Positions 19,465 through 43,229 of a stretch of DNA of 64,000 nt are shown one piece after another. The notes beneath the pieces were generated by a model. It made no database searches. It saw only the letters and a list, made by a program, of their open reading frames with translations, and had not been told where the DNA came from. The position numbers and the translations under genes were made by a program. Source of the DNA: the human T2T-CHM13v2.0 reference genome, Homo sapiens; assembly GCF_009914755.1 (NCBI RefSeq), contig NC_060931.1. The stretch is one strand, 5' to 3'. Within the stretch, counting starts at the first letter, position 1, and each line of letters starts with the position of its first letter.

Positions 19465-20964
19465 GTGAGGAGTGTTCCCTGCTTCTTCCTTCCCTTTTTC
19501 CCAACTTGCACCCACTTCTGCCACAGACCCCCTTATCAGGCCCTGGGCAGTCTTTCAAGATCATGAATAACGGAGTCTGGCAATAGTTTCATAGACCCAT
19601 CCTGTAAGGGCTCATTGCAATGCTCACCTTTTTTCTGGGTTGTGGGCTCAACAAATAATGTGTAATTTAGAGTTCTCTCGAATTCCACTTTTGCTCAGTT
19701 TTTCTTTGTCAGCACTTATTGTCAGAAGAGTTTAAGTGCTGTACCTGCCTGTCATGCAAGGAATTAAGTTTTGACCTACTCGTCAAGTGTGCAGTGTGCA
19801 AGTGACCGCAGGAGTACTAAAAGCCAACCATTGACAAGGGAGGCCAAATTTTCAAGGAATGGAAAGAGCACAGGCCTTCCAGTGAACTCCTGGCTTTAAA
19901 TTCTGTTCCATTTAGTCACTAGCTCCATAGCCTTATGTAACCTCTCTTCAGTTTTCTTTTCTTTAAAGAAAGGGATAATCTCACCTTTTTGTGAAGAATA
20001 AATGAGATGATGAGTAAATTGCCTCACTTGGCACATAGTAGTTTTGTTTCCTTTTAAACTTAAAGATGACCACTGGAGGGCATAAGCCATAGCAAAATCT
20101 TTGACACTGATGAAATCTTTAATCAGCTGGGTCTGTCATAAGAGTAACACTACTGTTTTTCTCCTTACTTTCTGTTAGTGTCTGAGACCCCTCCTATGAG
20201 GTTGGCAGGACTCACCATGTCTGACCATATCATTTGGCTATTTCTCTAGCCCTCACAAAAGGTCTCTTCCATTCTAAATCATTAGAGAAGGAAACTTTCT
20301 ACTTCTCTCATTCTCTTTTGTTATTTTTAATTGTCAGTTTGATCTTAAAAGCTTATGTGTATTAATCTATCCTGGATTTTAAATTATGTACACTGTGAAT
20401 CTTTCTTTTATTTTTCTTATTCTTTCTTTTTTTTTTGGCTTCTCTGGGCTCTTGCTTAGTCAATTATCATTGTAATTCCCCCATTTTATCCTTAATTTCT
20501 TCCTCCCCACTATTTTCTTCTCTCCACTTATAAATGTATATAGGCTCTTGAATCTTTATTTGACTCTGCTCCTCTGTGAATTACTCTTTTTTTCCATCCT
20601 TCCTTTTAGGGTAGTATTTCCTTACTTCCTTAATGTCCAACTAACTGAATCCTTTTTGCTACCTAGCTTATTTTCCCATTTTTCTTTGAAACTGTTCTTT
20701 CCAAACCAATGACTTCCTAATTCCTAAAGCCAGTAGCCTTTTCTCAGTCTCCCTTTCCCAAATATTTCACATATTTGCTTCACCTGTTTTTGCTATGTTA
20801 CTGTAAAATATGGACATATAGGTACTTCAGCCGTAAAGACTTAAGTATGTCTTGTCGAAAATGATATGTTGTTCTTACATAATTGAAGAGGTGGGGTCTG
20901 TTGTCTTAAAGAATGTTCCCTTTCTCCTTATAATTCTGGTTCTTTGGTGTCTATTGTTCATGTG

Positions 20965-21170
20965 ATCCAGGATTTTTCAACAATGGCACTACGGACATTG
21001 CGGGGCTGTCCTGCCGTGGTGGGATGTTTAGCAGCATCTCTGGCCTTTATCTACTAGATAGATACCAGTAGTACCCTGCTCCCCCACCAAGTTCAGGTAG
21101 CCAAAAAAATCTTTAGACACTGCTAAATCTCCCCTGGGGAACAGAATTAGCCTCAGTTGAGAACCACTGA
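20965..21170. mobile_element. MER20 hAT-Charlie DNA transposon
   Basis: gggatgtttagcagcatctctggcctttatctactaga...aaatctcccctgggg...gttgagaaccactg. Confidence 0.8.
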
Positions 21171-21264
21171 TCTAATTCCTTTCTTCTTATTTTTGCTGGT
21201 TCCACTACTATTAAACAAACTGCACTTACTAAAAATTTGTTTTCCAAATTGTTAGAAACATATA

Positions 21265-24625
<3,361 letters not shown>

Positions 24626-25009
24626 TTACTGGGGCATGGTGATGCATGCCTGTAGTTGCAGCTACTTGGGAGGCTGAGGTGGGGGGGATCACTTGAGCCC
24701 AGGAGGTTGAGGCTGCAGTAAGCCGTGTTTGCACCATTGCACTCCAGCCTGGGTGACAGAATGAGAACCTGCCTCTGACAAAAAAAAAAAAAAAAAAAAA
24801 AAGTTATTTTTCTCCACTAAGACTTGGAATGGTTTGCTGGGTAGCAATGGATATAGCTGACACATCCCCACATCCCTCACCTTCTCTCACTATGTGGGGT
24901 GTACCCAGTCTCTGGCTTCTAATGTCGAGGGCCTCCAACTTGACACTTCTAGCTCAGAGTATGTTCTTAAGGCCTTGCCTCACTTATAGAACTTCCTAGT
25001 GGTTAGCTA

Positions 25010-29835
<4,826 letters not shown>

Positions 29836-29877
29836 TAATCAGACTCATTCCTTAATTTTGCTTACTTTTTCATGCAG

Positions 29878-31210
29878 CTGCATTAATACTACATTGTCAA
29901 AGACAAAGACGAACATGAGACATGAGATATGAGTTTTAAAAGGAGAGAAGAGCAAAAAAACAATACAGCTATCCAAGGAGCAAGTGCTGAGCTTGTGAAA
30001 AAACAGCTTCTATTTTATTAAATAATAGTGTTCCTGCAGGGATGTCTGAAGTACTCTGCAAGGCTAATTAGGACAGATCAATGTACACTTACCTCTCCAG
30101 AAGGCTGAAAGGTGTGTAGTGACTATGTGTCATTAAAAATTTACTTGACCATGGGCAACAGATGTCCATGAAAGAATGACCCTGGTGAGTGCTCTAAGTT
30201 TTCATTTTACTCATGTCATCCTCAATGCATCATAAATGCCATAGACACCATTACTATCACGTAGGCTCATAGCAGCTGATGTGCTGTATATGCTTGAGAG
30301 GGTGGTATCAATTAACTATATTATCTATAAAGCCATACTTGCAATTACTACCACTTCACAATTTATCATTAACGCATTTGGCAGATTTTTTTTTCTCCAA
30401 AGTAACATTTATTTAAAGGTTAATCAAAATTCTTAGAACAGCATTTATTATAATGTGATTTTTGATAATTGACTAAATCAGTGGCTCTTAAAAACACCCT
30501 CGTCTCAGTCCCGCTCAGTATACACCACAGTGCCATTTGGGGAAAAGAAATACATATTAGAAATGTTCATTTCAGACCTCGTCATGGAAGATCATATATT
30601 AATGTAATCAGGTGGTACGTTTACATGCTCATTAGTAATCCATCATTAGTCCAAATGCTCACTATTAGGAATAAATGTACAACGAGTTATTCAGAATACC
30701 CAGAAAGAGTATTTCTTATTTAAACATTCAGGACAAGCTGACTGAAATAAGTGCACACCTTGAATTTGAACTTTCAAGGCACATCACTAAAGTCAATCAG
30801 TTATGTCAGGACACTCTTCTATAATAATCTCAATTATAAAATTCCTGCCTCTCCCTAACACAGGAGTTGGAGGGAGTTCCAATATCTGAATCTTTCTAAT
30901 TCACTGTAACTGCAAAAAAATCTTGATGAAGTGTGTATTTAAATTTCATGCCTTAATACATAGCATGCCACTAAAACCACATTAGTTATGCTTTATGCTG
31001 CTTAATCATACGTCAAAATCTGTAAAATCTGCTCTTGCATGCTAAGGTAATTTAACTGCAATTAATCAATTAAGAAAAATAAAATGTAATAAATGCCAAA
31101 TAATGTAACTTCTTTTAAACAGACCACTATCTACACATTTATTCCCCAAATACTTATTAGCCGACACCATACAAGGAAAACATAATAAAAAGTAGACTTC
31201 ACTGAGCCTT
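29878..31210 (+). other. STAG3L4: Non-STAG3 terminal exon/3' UTR of the chimeric unit
   Basis: Strong acceptor ttttgcttactttttcatgcag|CTG CAT TAA; AATAAA at 30669, 31078, 31088 and 31184. The 3' end is approximate. Confidence 0.7.
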
Positions 31211-32414
31211 TCTCCCATTAGTAGCTTGCTCTAAACTTACAAATGTTTTAGAGAATTCTTTGGCATGATCTGACTTTCCAACTAAAATGTGAGCAACTTG
31301 AGGGTCAAACTTATCTTTTTTTATCCCCTGTGCCCAACACAATGTGTTAATCATAATAGGTGGTCAGTTTGTTGAATGAAAGAATTGAATGATTCAAATA
31401 TCATGAACTAAATTATTTTATAATGTTTATGAACTACAACAATACTTATATTTTTTCTTCTGACAACTATATATTATACTTCATTGGCATTTAACTAAAA
31501 GTAGTAGTACACTCTTAGTTAACTTTTTCATTTTTTTCATAGAGTCAGTTAGGTTTCATAGAACCATCAAGGTAGGTTGGTAGATATATTTGTTTGTATT
31601 TGTTCCTCTAAATGAAAATGGTGATTTTTTTTCAAATATGTAATTTAACAACTTGATGAACATAGTTGTGGACTAAGACTTGGGAGGCTACTTATAAGTT
31701 ATGAGTCCAGCTGGCAAGAATTTATTAAGCACCAACTGAATAAACCAAACTATGCTAGCAGCTAAAAATATATGAAAGGATATATTAAAAAAGAAAACCA
31801 TGTCCTGCCTTCCAGACCTTAAATCAGAGAAGGTACATACATGTGCATTCAACAAACGTTACTGACTACACTTTACACCATGCAAGGCACTAAAAGGGAG
31901 GAGGACAGCCAACAAGTCTCAGTTCTCAACAAGAAGCTAAAAAAGAAATTAACAAGTAACTGCATGCCAAGCACAAAGTCATGAATATCACTGAAAAATT
32001 ACAAACTGATTCCCTTTGAAGCCTCGGGAAAGAAAGCAGGTGAAATCATGGAAGTCTTAAGGAAGTAGGTGCCATTAAAAATAGTTCAAGAGAATTTCCC
32101 TGATTACATAAATTAGTGAATTCACTAGTGATGAAGGCATTGAAAGTAAAGGTCCAGAGGTTTTCAGAGTAAGTTACTCACTTTCTTAAAAACAGCAATC
32201 TGTTTGTTCATCTCATCAAGTTAGTTTGGTGACATAAAAAAATTATAACTTCTGAATTAATGGCCATTCAGTATGAAGAACACTGAAGAAATTTCCTTTC
32301 ATGGTTCCTGATGGTAATTGTAGCTGAGGAATCTCAAGACTGCAAGTATCACAAGAATATTTTAACAATCAGGAGGTGCCCTCCTACCGTTGCACCACTT
32401 GCCGCATTGTGGAA

Positions 32415-33030
<616 letters not shown>

Positions 33031-34302
33031 GTGCATGTCTAAAGGCATTGTGAAGAATAATTTTTTGAAGTATATCATGCTAGAAAGGAAGGATGCACTG
33101 GCATTTTAATATGATTATTTGATATAAAAATAATAAGCTACTCAACACATGCTTCCCCATAGCTAGGAAAAACATAAACATTTCTCCTGACGAACTGGAA
33201 TCTCCTGCCCTACTCTGATCTGATAGTAGGTGGCATCATTTCTATGCCTCTCTTTTTCTCCAACTGGCAGAAAGGTGAGCCTAAAATTCAAGTTATTCAA
33301 CTGCAGGATCTTTGAGGGAGGTCCTGGTTTTCTGGTTTAGTTTTATCCTACGCCCTTTTATTACGTGCCTTTGTTTTAATCCTTATTTTAATGGTTTTAT
33401 TATCATAAGTTACCAAGATAGCGTTTTGGAACCAAGAAGAGCTATGGAGAAACAGAGTGAATGAGACTCATACTATGGTGCAATCAGTGAGATGCCACCC
33501 TTCAGAGCTTGGAAAGACTCATTATGTCTGAGGCCCATCTCTCTGATACAGGTGTGAAGCACAAGGGATGTTTAGCAATACCAGCCAGGACACACATTTG
33601 GGATCACAAATATACAGCAGAAACTATTCACAACTGACAACCACAGATCCATAAGACAGAAAGGCACCATATTCAAAGGGCAGAAAGAGCACTGAAGTCA
33701 TGCAAGCAGCTGTAAGTAATAGGGTATCATATCAGGCAGAAGTAGCAGAGACTATCAGGAATACTTAGAAATCAGGCAGATGGTGGCCATCATCAGATCT
33801 GATTCTATTTCATGAAACACCACAGAGTGGAATTAGGGCATAGTGACAGCATCTAAAGATCCAAGGAAACTTAGCAGAGGCCTAGTCCCGTGTAGACAGA
33901 AGGGGACAATTTCCATATCTATAGAGCCACACTGGCCCCTAGGATATAATTCGGAATCATGGCCTCCCAGATCTAGTGAACTGCAGAGATTCCAGCTCAG
34001 AATGAGCAATAATACGGGAGCCCAGCAGTAGTAGCAGGGCCACTATATGTACCCAATGAGGAAAAGAGAGTCAAAGGCTCCAAATATGCTTCCTATTGTT
34101 GAGTTTGGTCCAGGGACTGATAGGTTTGCTGCAGGTGGGAGTAGATTCAGCACACTTTTGTTCAGGCAGAAGCAGAGGAGGGAAGGAAGATGTGGCAAAT
34201 GACTTCTCTTTATAAACTGGAGGGATTATAGTGGTGCCTATGCAACTCTTGTTCCAAAATCAACGCTTTAAGAATATTTAGGCAACTTTAAAAGAAATAC
34301 TT

Positions 34303-34630
<328 letters not shown>

Positions 34631-36904
34631 AAATACTTCTTCTGAGCCTGGCCAACATAGTGAAACCCCGTCTCTACTAAAAATACAAAAACAAAATTAG
34701 CTGGGCATGGTAGCGGGCGCCTGTAATCCCAGCTACTAGGGAGGCTGAGGCAAGGAGAATTGCTTGAACCTGGGAGGCGGAGGTTGCAGTGAGCCAAGAT
34801 GACGCCATTGCACTCCAGCCCGGGCGACAGTGCGAGACTCTGTCCAAAAAAAAAAAAAAAAAAAAAATTCCTCTTCGGTGGCTTTCCAAATCTATGGAAA
34901 GCGTACTGCTTCCTGTTAATTCCTATTCCTCTCCAAAAATGCTTGTAATATTTTTAATAGTATGGTTGTGTATATCCATTTTAGCACTGGTGCAATCTTA
35001 ATTAAGGTTGTAGAAAAAGTATAGAATTTGTGGAACGTTGTGTAACTTTGAGAATCCTTATGACTGCATTTTAAAGAATTAACAACAAGGAATAACTAGT
35101 AATTTTTTCAGCTATAGAGAGAGATATGAGAAGACGAGGACACAGGAAAGATCATGGCCATATAAAAATCAGGACCACAGAGTCACCACAAATTATCAGA
35201 AATATTCTAAGTCAAGTATACATAAACTTGACTATTTTCTTAGAATGATTTTAAAAGATTTAGCACAAAAATGGGTTTCATTTCAGAGAATCAAAATCAA
35301 TAAACATTTTAAGTGAAAAGTAGTACACAATTGACTACAACAAAAAATGAGGAAAAGTCTTGGGATTGAATCAACCATAAATGACCTGTTAAATGTAAAG
35401 TACATTATGACTATATAAGCAAAATTAAAAAAAAAAAAAGGCCCAAGACCCAATGAATTCATCAATTTTTTAAAAAGAAGCATGAGATCAAAGGTAGAAC
35501 TAAGTGGTGAATTTCACAAAGTAGACCTAGGCAATTTCAAATTGGCTGCTATACTTTTCAAGGTAAAGGACACAAACCAAAGGTACCTATATATTCTTTT
35601 CATGATATTTATTTCAAGGAGACAGATCAAATTAAAAACTTCAAGAATGTTTTCTGCCTGGTAAATAAATATTCCAGCAACCCACATAGGCACAGACTCA
35701 GACACTTAGTCCAATAGAACTCCAAAGAGGTTTTCCTGACACTGAGAAGAGGGGGTGAGTTTTGGGGGAAAAATTTTTAAAAATAAAGTACTTCCAGTCT
35801 ATATATTGTAAACTCACCTATTCATGGATTTGTGAAATTTAGAAACAGCCTAATAAAAATTCTAGGACAACTGAGTTGTCACAACGTCACAAGAGCACAA
35901 ATTCATATTGAGTGACTTTTCTAGTAATATGAACAAAACCAACATAAATTTCCCTCAACATATCAGAAATAATATATATTCTATTTAGTTCCAAGAAAGA
36001 AAAAAAACTTTTATAACTTGAGAAAACTCAAAATATATGACAATCTGTCACTAAATTAAAATAAGCTATAGTAATAAGTGACTATGTAAAAAACCCACTA
36101 CAACTATGCGTTCATCTTCACGTACAAAGGCTATTTCTAAATGGGTCAGAGTAAAGCTTTGGCTGATACATGCTGATGGCAGAATAGGGCCAGAAATGAG
36201 CCAAAGCTGTGTGTATTCCAAAACTCATTGATATTTAAATCTGGAGTGGGTCTTTGTGCTTACATTTGAACATGTTGTGAGAACATGAGCCTCCTGTTGC
36301 TTTGTAGTAATACATGCTCATTCTTACAAAATGTTTGCCTTGTATGGTTAAGGTATTTTACTGAGGCTATAAAAGGAGGGCACATTACTTTGGTGGGGGT
36401 AGAGGAGAATCAACACAACTATTTTGCTAGTGCACTACTGCTAATACATGTCCTGCAAATAGAAGCATGACCTGATGGGGAAGCTTTAAGAGACAAGAGT
36501 AGTAGAGACATTGTCTTATGACTTGGGAGTGGGAATAAGGTATTCCCCCATATGTATGTATTACTTCCCCTTTGCTGAAATAAGCGCAAGAAATAACTAA
36601 TGGTTTTCTCCGCTATAGAGACAGAGATAGGAAAGGATACAAAAAAGACCATGGCCATAATAAAAATCAGGACTACACAGTCACCACAAATTACCAGAAG
36701 ATGAGAGAGAAATACTCTGTCAACTATGCTACTGACATACACTGGAATGTCTTCTTAGAAGAAATTTTAAAGGATTTAGTGAACAACCAGTTATTATTTC
36801 AGAAAATAAAAATTAATAAAAATTTTCAGTGAAAGGTAGTATACAATTGGCTATTATAATTGGCTGTTTAGTTCTTTGTACCCTCCACAAAATTGGAAGA
36901 TATT

Positions 36905-37590
36905 TTTTAACTTTTTATTTTAAAGTAATTAAAATTTCACAAAAAACATGCAAAGAAATGGACGGGAAGGTCATGTGCACCCTTCATCCAGTCCTCATTC
37001 TCAGTGTTAACATCTTGCAAAACTGCAATATTAAAACCAGGAAACTGACAATAGTACAATCCATGGAGCTTTTCATAGAATCCATAGATATTTCACCAGC
37101 TATACATACAGTTATTTTTGTTTGTATGTGTGTATAGCTCTATGTCATTGTATCACATGTGTAGCTTCGAGTAACCACTAGCACAATCAAGACACTTAAC
37201 TGTACCATCACCATAAGACTCCCTAGTGCTACCACTTTATGCACACCCCACCCTCTCCCCTTCCCCTCCCTAACCCCTGGCTACCACTAATCTTTCTCCA
37301 TAATGATCTTATTTCATGAAGGTTGTATAAATGAAATCATTCAGTAATGTATCTTTTTAAGACAGGTTTTTTTTTTTCACTCAGCACAATTTCCTTGAGG
37401 TTCATCCAGGTTGTTACCCATAATAACAGTTTGTTAGTCTTTATTGCTGTAGTCTATAGCATGCTTATATCAGTCTGTCCAACCATTCACCCATTGATGG
37501 GCATATGGGCATTTCCAGTTTGGTGCTATTACAAATAAAGTTGCTGTGAACATTCATGTTCAAATTTCTGTGTGAAAATTAAATTGCAAC
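36905..37590 (-). mobile_element. Old L1 (L1MB-like) 3' fragment
   Basis: cactcagcacaatttccttgaggttcatccaggttgtt...ttccagtttggtgctattacaaataaagttgctgtgaacattcatgt. Confidence 0.75.
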
Positions 37591-37961
37591 ATTTTTAAGG
37601 GAATGAGTGGTGTTTTATTCACCATTGTATTCTCAACACTTCATATGACACATAATAGGTAATCAAAAATGTCTGTTAAAGAAATGAATGAGTGAACCCA
37701 AAAATTGCCTCTAAGTGGCAGAAAATAAAAAAGGACTCATCTGTTGGGGGAAACCTAGTTGGGAGGAAATAGGCCAAGAAGAGGTCTTGAAGTGGAACTG
37801 GTAGCTTTAAGACTACAGCAGTGTTTCAGAAAGATTTCCGACACACGAACAAACACACATCAATCAGAATATTTTTAAATTTAATTTAAATATTGAGCTT
37901 CATATTAAGAAACTGTTTGGATTAATAAGCTATAGCTGACCTTTTTAAGAAACAACTGGGG

Positions 37962-40245
37962 AGACTTCCATTTCTAGCCAAGATGGACTGAAAGGGACTG
38001 GATGTGCCCTGCTTCCTGAAACAACCAAAAATAAACCCCGACAAAATATATGAAACAATGGTTGTCAAGACATGAGCTATCAGACCACAAAGGATGTTGA
38101 TCCCTGAGGGAGGTGAATCCTATGAAGGCTCTGGCTTAAGCCCGTGAAGGTTTCTTAGCAGTGGCACAGGAAGGGCAACTAACTCAAGGGAGGCAAACTC
38201 CATGAATTGAGGAAACAGAGCTAAAGATATGGGATAATAAAGTAGCTAGAGCTTACAGGACAGAGTTCAGGAGAGAGCAGATGCACAGACAACAATCTCT
38301 TGAAATCTGCAGAGAGTCTCAGAGATCTGGATATGTGCATGAGGAAGCTACCCAAGGCTGAGGAAAGAAGCATCGGAAATAATTATACGGGGAACAGTAC
38401 CTGGCACCTTCCTAGGGCTGGAAATAGGCCTTTTCTCACCAGTCAGAATGGAAAATCTCTTAATTCATATGCAATTAGGTAGAACCTCAGTAGTGAGAAA
38501 TGAGGTAGACTATGCACTGCTCTGGTCTCTCCTAGCTAACATTTTAATCCCAAAAAATTGAAAGCAAAAAGAGCCAAGTGAATCTATCTATATCTAGCTG
38601 GTGGCATAATCACACCAAAAGAAACAATTTTACATGACTTAAAACCTCAGTAATACATACATCTTTAAAGAGAAGGGGGCTGTACACAGGGTGTACACAG
38701 GATGTGTACATCACTACTGATGGTAGTAGTCTTGGTATTATTATTCTGAGCCTGTTATAAGTGTATTTGTAGCATAAGCAAATAAGTACGCTACTATCAT
38801 TAAGAATTAAGATTGTAGGATGGTCAGCTGGGAAGAAAGGACATTGATATGATACAAGATTTATGTGACTAAATTAAAATCCTGTTGGGTTGTATATTAA
38901 TAGGAAGTATTAGTGTGAGCTCCTGATGTATTTAGTCTTAAAATTAAACATACACACGCACACTCTCACACACACACATACACACACTTTTTCTAGCTCT
39001 TTCCTTTGAAAGGGCCTAGATTAAGGACAAAGTCAGTAGCAATGAGCTCACTAATTTTAAGATTACGGTTTTCAAGTACTAGTTCCAAGACAAAAAAAAA
39101 AAAAAAGAAAGAACTAAAATTTCTTGGATAATTGCCTGATTCCAGGTTTGGAAAGGAAATATTAAAGATGAGCCTGTTATATTTTGTCACACCAATTATC
39201 CTGGAAGCTCTCAAAAACTTGAGGTTCTTTCAAAAACACAGAGGAACCAACTGAGATAAACTTTGAGTAATCAGAGATGTGGCAAACTGGGCATCCATAA
39301 GTATGATAACTGCAATAGCTTGAAGCGCATTAATGTTCACAATGAAATTTTTTAAACCATTGGTAAACTTTAGAGGATGTTAAGGAACCACACATTATAT
39401 TAAGAACTGATAAAGGGAGAGAATAAAGCATCCATCCTGATTTTCTTATATAAATTGAAACTCTAACAAACTAGTTTATCTTTATAGAACTATTCCACGC
39501 AATAAATAAACCAGAAATGACAATTATATTGCCATTTTTCAAGCTCTAAGGAATAAATAGATGTAGGCAATGATCAACAACACCTGCTAACGTCACAAAA
39601 AGAGAAAGAGCCAGTAGTCTTGCCCCCCATCCCCTAAATGAATTTCATCAAGTTTCTAGAGTCTTCACTACCCATTAACAGGTAAGAAACAGGGCTGAGG
39701 AGCTCATTAAATGACTCTGCAGGAAAGCATCAGCAAATGCAGACTATGGAAAGCTCTACAGCACAAACAATCCAGTTTCTTAAGAAACAAGGAAAAATAA
39801 ACAAACCTATAGATTAAAAGAGGAGACATATTAACCAATTACAATGTATGGACCTTATTTGTATCCTGCTTCAAACAGTAAAGAATACAAAACTTTAGGA
39901 GACAACCAGAAAATTTTGAATATTGGTTTTGTATATTTGAGAATAGTAAGAAAATGTTGACTTTTTAAGTGTGGTTAATTTTCTAGATGTGGTTCATTTT
40001 TAAGTTAAAAAAATCTTATCTTTTAAAGATACAGACTGAAATGTTACCAGATAAAATGATGTCATGTCTGGGATTCGCTTCAAAATAATTTGAGGTGGAA
40101 GTGGAAAGTGGAAACAACAATTATGAAACAACCTGGCCCATGAGATGATAGCTGTGGAAGGTAGGTATGGTTATACAAAATTTCATTACACTTTTCCCTC
40201 TACTTTTCTAATATATTCTGAATTTTCATAACAAAAAGTTAAATA
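37962..40245 (+). mobile_element. Old L1M (L1MC/MD-like) fragments
   Basis: gagacttccatttctagccaagatgga 5'-like start; aatgtatggaccttatttgtatcctg...catgagatgatagctgtggaagg 3'-end-like sequence. Confidence 0.6.
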
Positions 40246-41384
40246 CACTTAAAAGTAGACAAATACTAATTTGAGGTGGTGGTTAAGGACTCAGAAGTTA
40301 CAGTCCATGTGTCTGAATGAAAGTACTTTCTCAAACATGCAGATATCAGAGATTTGTAGGATTCCTTCAATGGAGACCCATGTTTTCTCCACACAGAACA
40401 CTGGTTTCTGAGCAAAAGTAGGCCCTCTTTCTGAAAACAGATCTGACAATATGAAAGTGGTTGGCTACTTAACTGAAGATACCAAAAGGAAAAAAAAAAA
40501 GGACACCAAAAAACTGGGTCTACAAATGTGGTTGTTGGTTCTCCTTGTTTTTTTTTTCAAATAAGGCTCGGTTTAGGAGCAGTCTAATAGAGCATGTGAC
40601 TGCTATACTTCCAACAGTATCTTTGCAAATAAATACAACCCATACAATTTAATTGTCCATCCCACTTTTCCTGTTTGTTTATTACTCTTCAACAGCAGTT
40701 TCACCTCATGCTTTTTAATTTTTTCATCCTGAGGCAAGGAAGAAGGATCTTTAGAGTTGTTAAAAAAGTTTCCTGAAGTCAAGTAATTCATTAGAAAGTA
40801 TGTTTTATCCAGAATCCTATTGTTTCACTGCAGAAGGAACACTCAGTAGCTTGTCCAAGGTTATGCCAAAGGAAGTCTCCTCTCTCTTGCTTATCTGAAT
40901 CCTATCCTTCCAAAAGAACATGCCCAGGTCCAATAAATGGAGTTCCTAAAAGGACGGATGTCTCCCATTTAAAAAAATATTTCCCAGAGTCTCTAGGTTC
41001 AATGTCCTACAAATAATCAGCATTCAAGATATGAATTTACTAACTTTTAAAATCTATACAAATTTAAAATTTTCAATATTATTTTATACGCAATTATCCT
41101 ATCTATAATATTACTGTCTAGCATTATTATAAAAGTATCATCACAAATCCTAATGATCATTTCCACTAAACGCCTGAAAAGGTCATGGGAGATTTAAACT
41201 CTGATGTGTGCTTTGGAAGTAGAATCAGCTTTTGGAGAAACAAGGCTAGGGAGCACTTTTTGAGGCCGATTACATTTTTGGAATTATTTGCCAAGTTGTA
41301 TTGCCAAGTTGCATTGCAGAACTTGTAAGAAAACTTTTTCCTTTTTTTATTTTTATTTTATTTATTTATTTATTTATTTTTTGA

Positions 41385-41543
<159 letters not shown>

Positions 41544-42164
41544 TAGTAGAGACAGGGTTTCACCATGTTGGTCAGGCTGGTCTTGAATCCTGACCTCAGA
41601 TGATCCACTCACCTTGGCCTCCCAAAGTTCTGGGATTACAGTCATGAGCCACGACACCCAGCCAATTATAACTAAACTTTTAAAAATATTTGTCCCCATA
41701 GTTAGAATTTTCATTAGTGTATTTATCTTTTTCATGTAGTCTTGTTTACAAAGGCCATTTTAAAAGTTGCTGTCCCAGGCTTATAAAGTAATTTTATAAT
41801 GTCTTCCTATCGACCATATGAAAAGCATTCATCTCTGAGAAAGTATCATAAAGAAATTCTACTGTAATAATTCAAATATTAAAGTAAACATAAAAAATTA
41901 TATTGTATGACAGAATACCAAAAGAAATAGAAAATCTCCGCAAGAGGGTATTTAATTTCTGATGAAAACAAAATAGTACTCTTTACAATTTGGCCTATCA
42001 CATGACAGTATTTCTCAAAATCCTGCTAAATTAATGTTGGAGCACACTTCTTCAGGCATTAATGATTTCAGTAATGGTCAATGGTAGTTGATACAGATAA
42101 GAAATAACTGATAGTGATATCAAATCTATACATATTTGACTCTCCCCACATTTCTAAGTGATCT

Positions 42165-42390
42165 AGACCAGAGCTAGGTTGTTTATATGGTAGCCACTAG
42201 TTACATGTGGGCTATTTATATTTAAATTAATTAAATGTAAATAAAATTCAAAATTAAGTTTCTCTGTTGCACTAGCCATGTTTCAAGTACTCAATAGCCA
42301 CATATGGCTAGTGAGTACCATATTGGATGGTGCAGCTATGGAACATGTCCATTATCACAGAAAGTTCTACTAAACAAGGTTGGTCTACAT
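42165..42390. mobile_element. MER33/MER3-type DNA transposon
   Basis: atatggtagccactagttacatgtgg...ttcaagtactcaatagccacatatggctagtg. Confidence 0.7.
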
Positions 42391-42438
42391 TAGAGAGGTT
42401 ACTACTGATGAATGGAAAATCTCAAATATATACATAAA

Positions 42439-42476
<38 letters not shown>

Positions 42477-42904
42477 CATTTATTTCTATAGCAATTTTCC
42501 TTTTGTTATAGGAGGTTTCATTAAATATGTCAAATTTAAATTTTTTTTCTGGAAAAATTTATATTTTAATGTAAACAGTTAAAATTGTGCCATGAGCATT
42601 GTACTATAGATTTTCATTTCCCTTGTATTACAAGGAGAATGAATTCAAAAGATTCCATTTTCTCAAAATAGTGAATTATAACATTACCTGGTCTTCCCCT
42701 TCAATTAGGATTTTCTTTCTTTATAAACATCTATTCTAAGCCCTCTCTGCTTCCAATTTTACTCAGCCAAAGCCCACTTTTATTATGCAGCAAGGAAATC
42801 CCACTTCTGGCCTCAAACTCCACTTTCAGTGGAGTTTGGTAGCACTTCCGGTCTCAGACTCCACACTTGTGAAGTTTGCGAGTTACATAAAAAATTAAAT
42901 TCCT

Positions 42905-43229
<325 letters not shown>

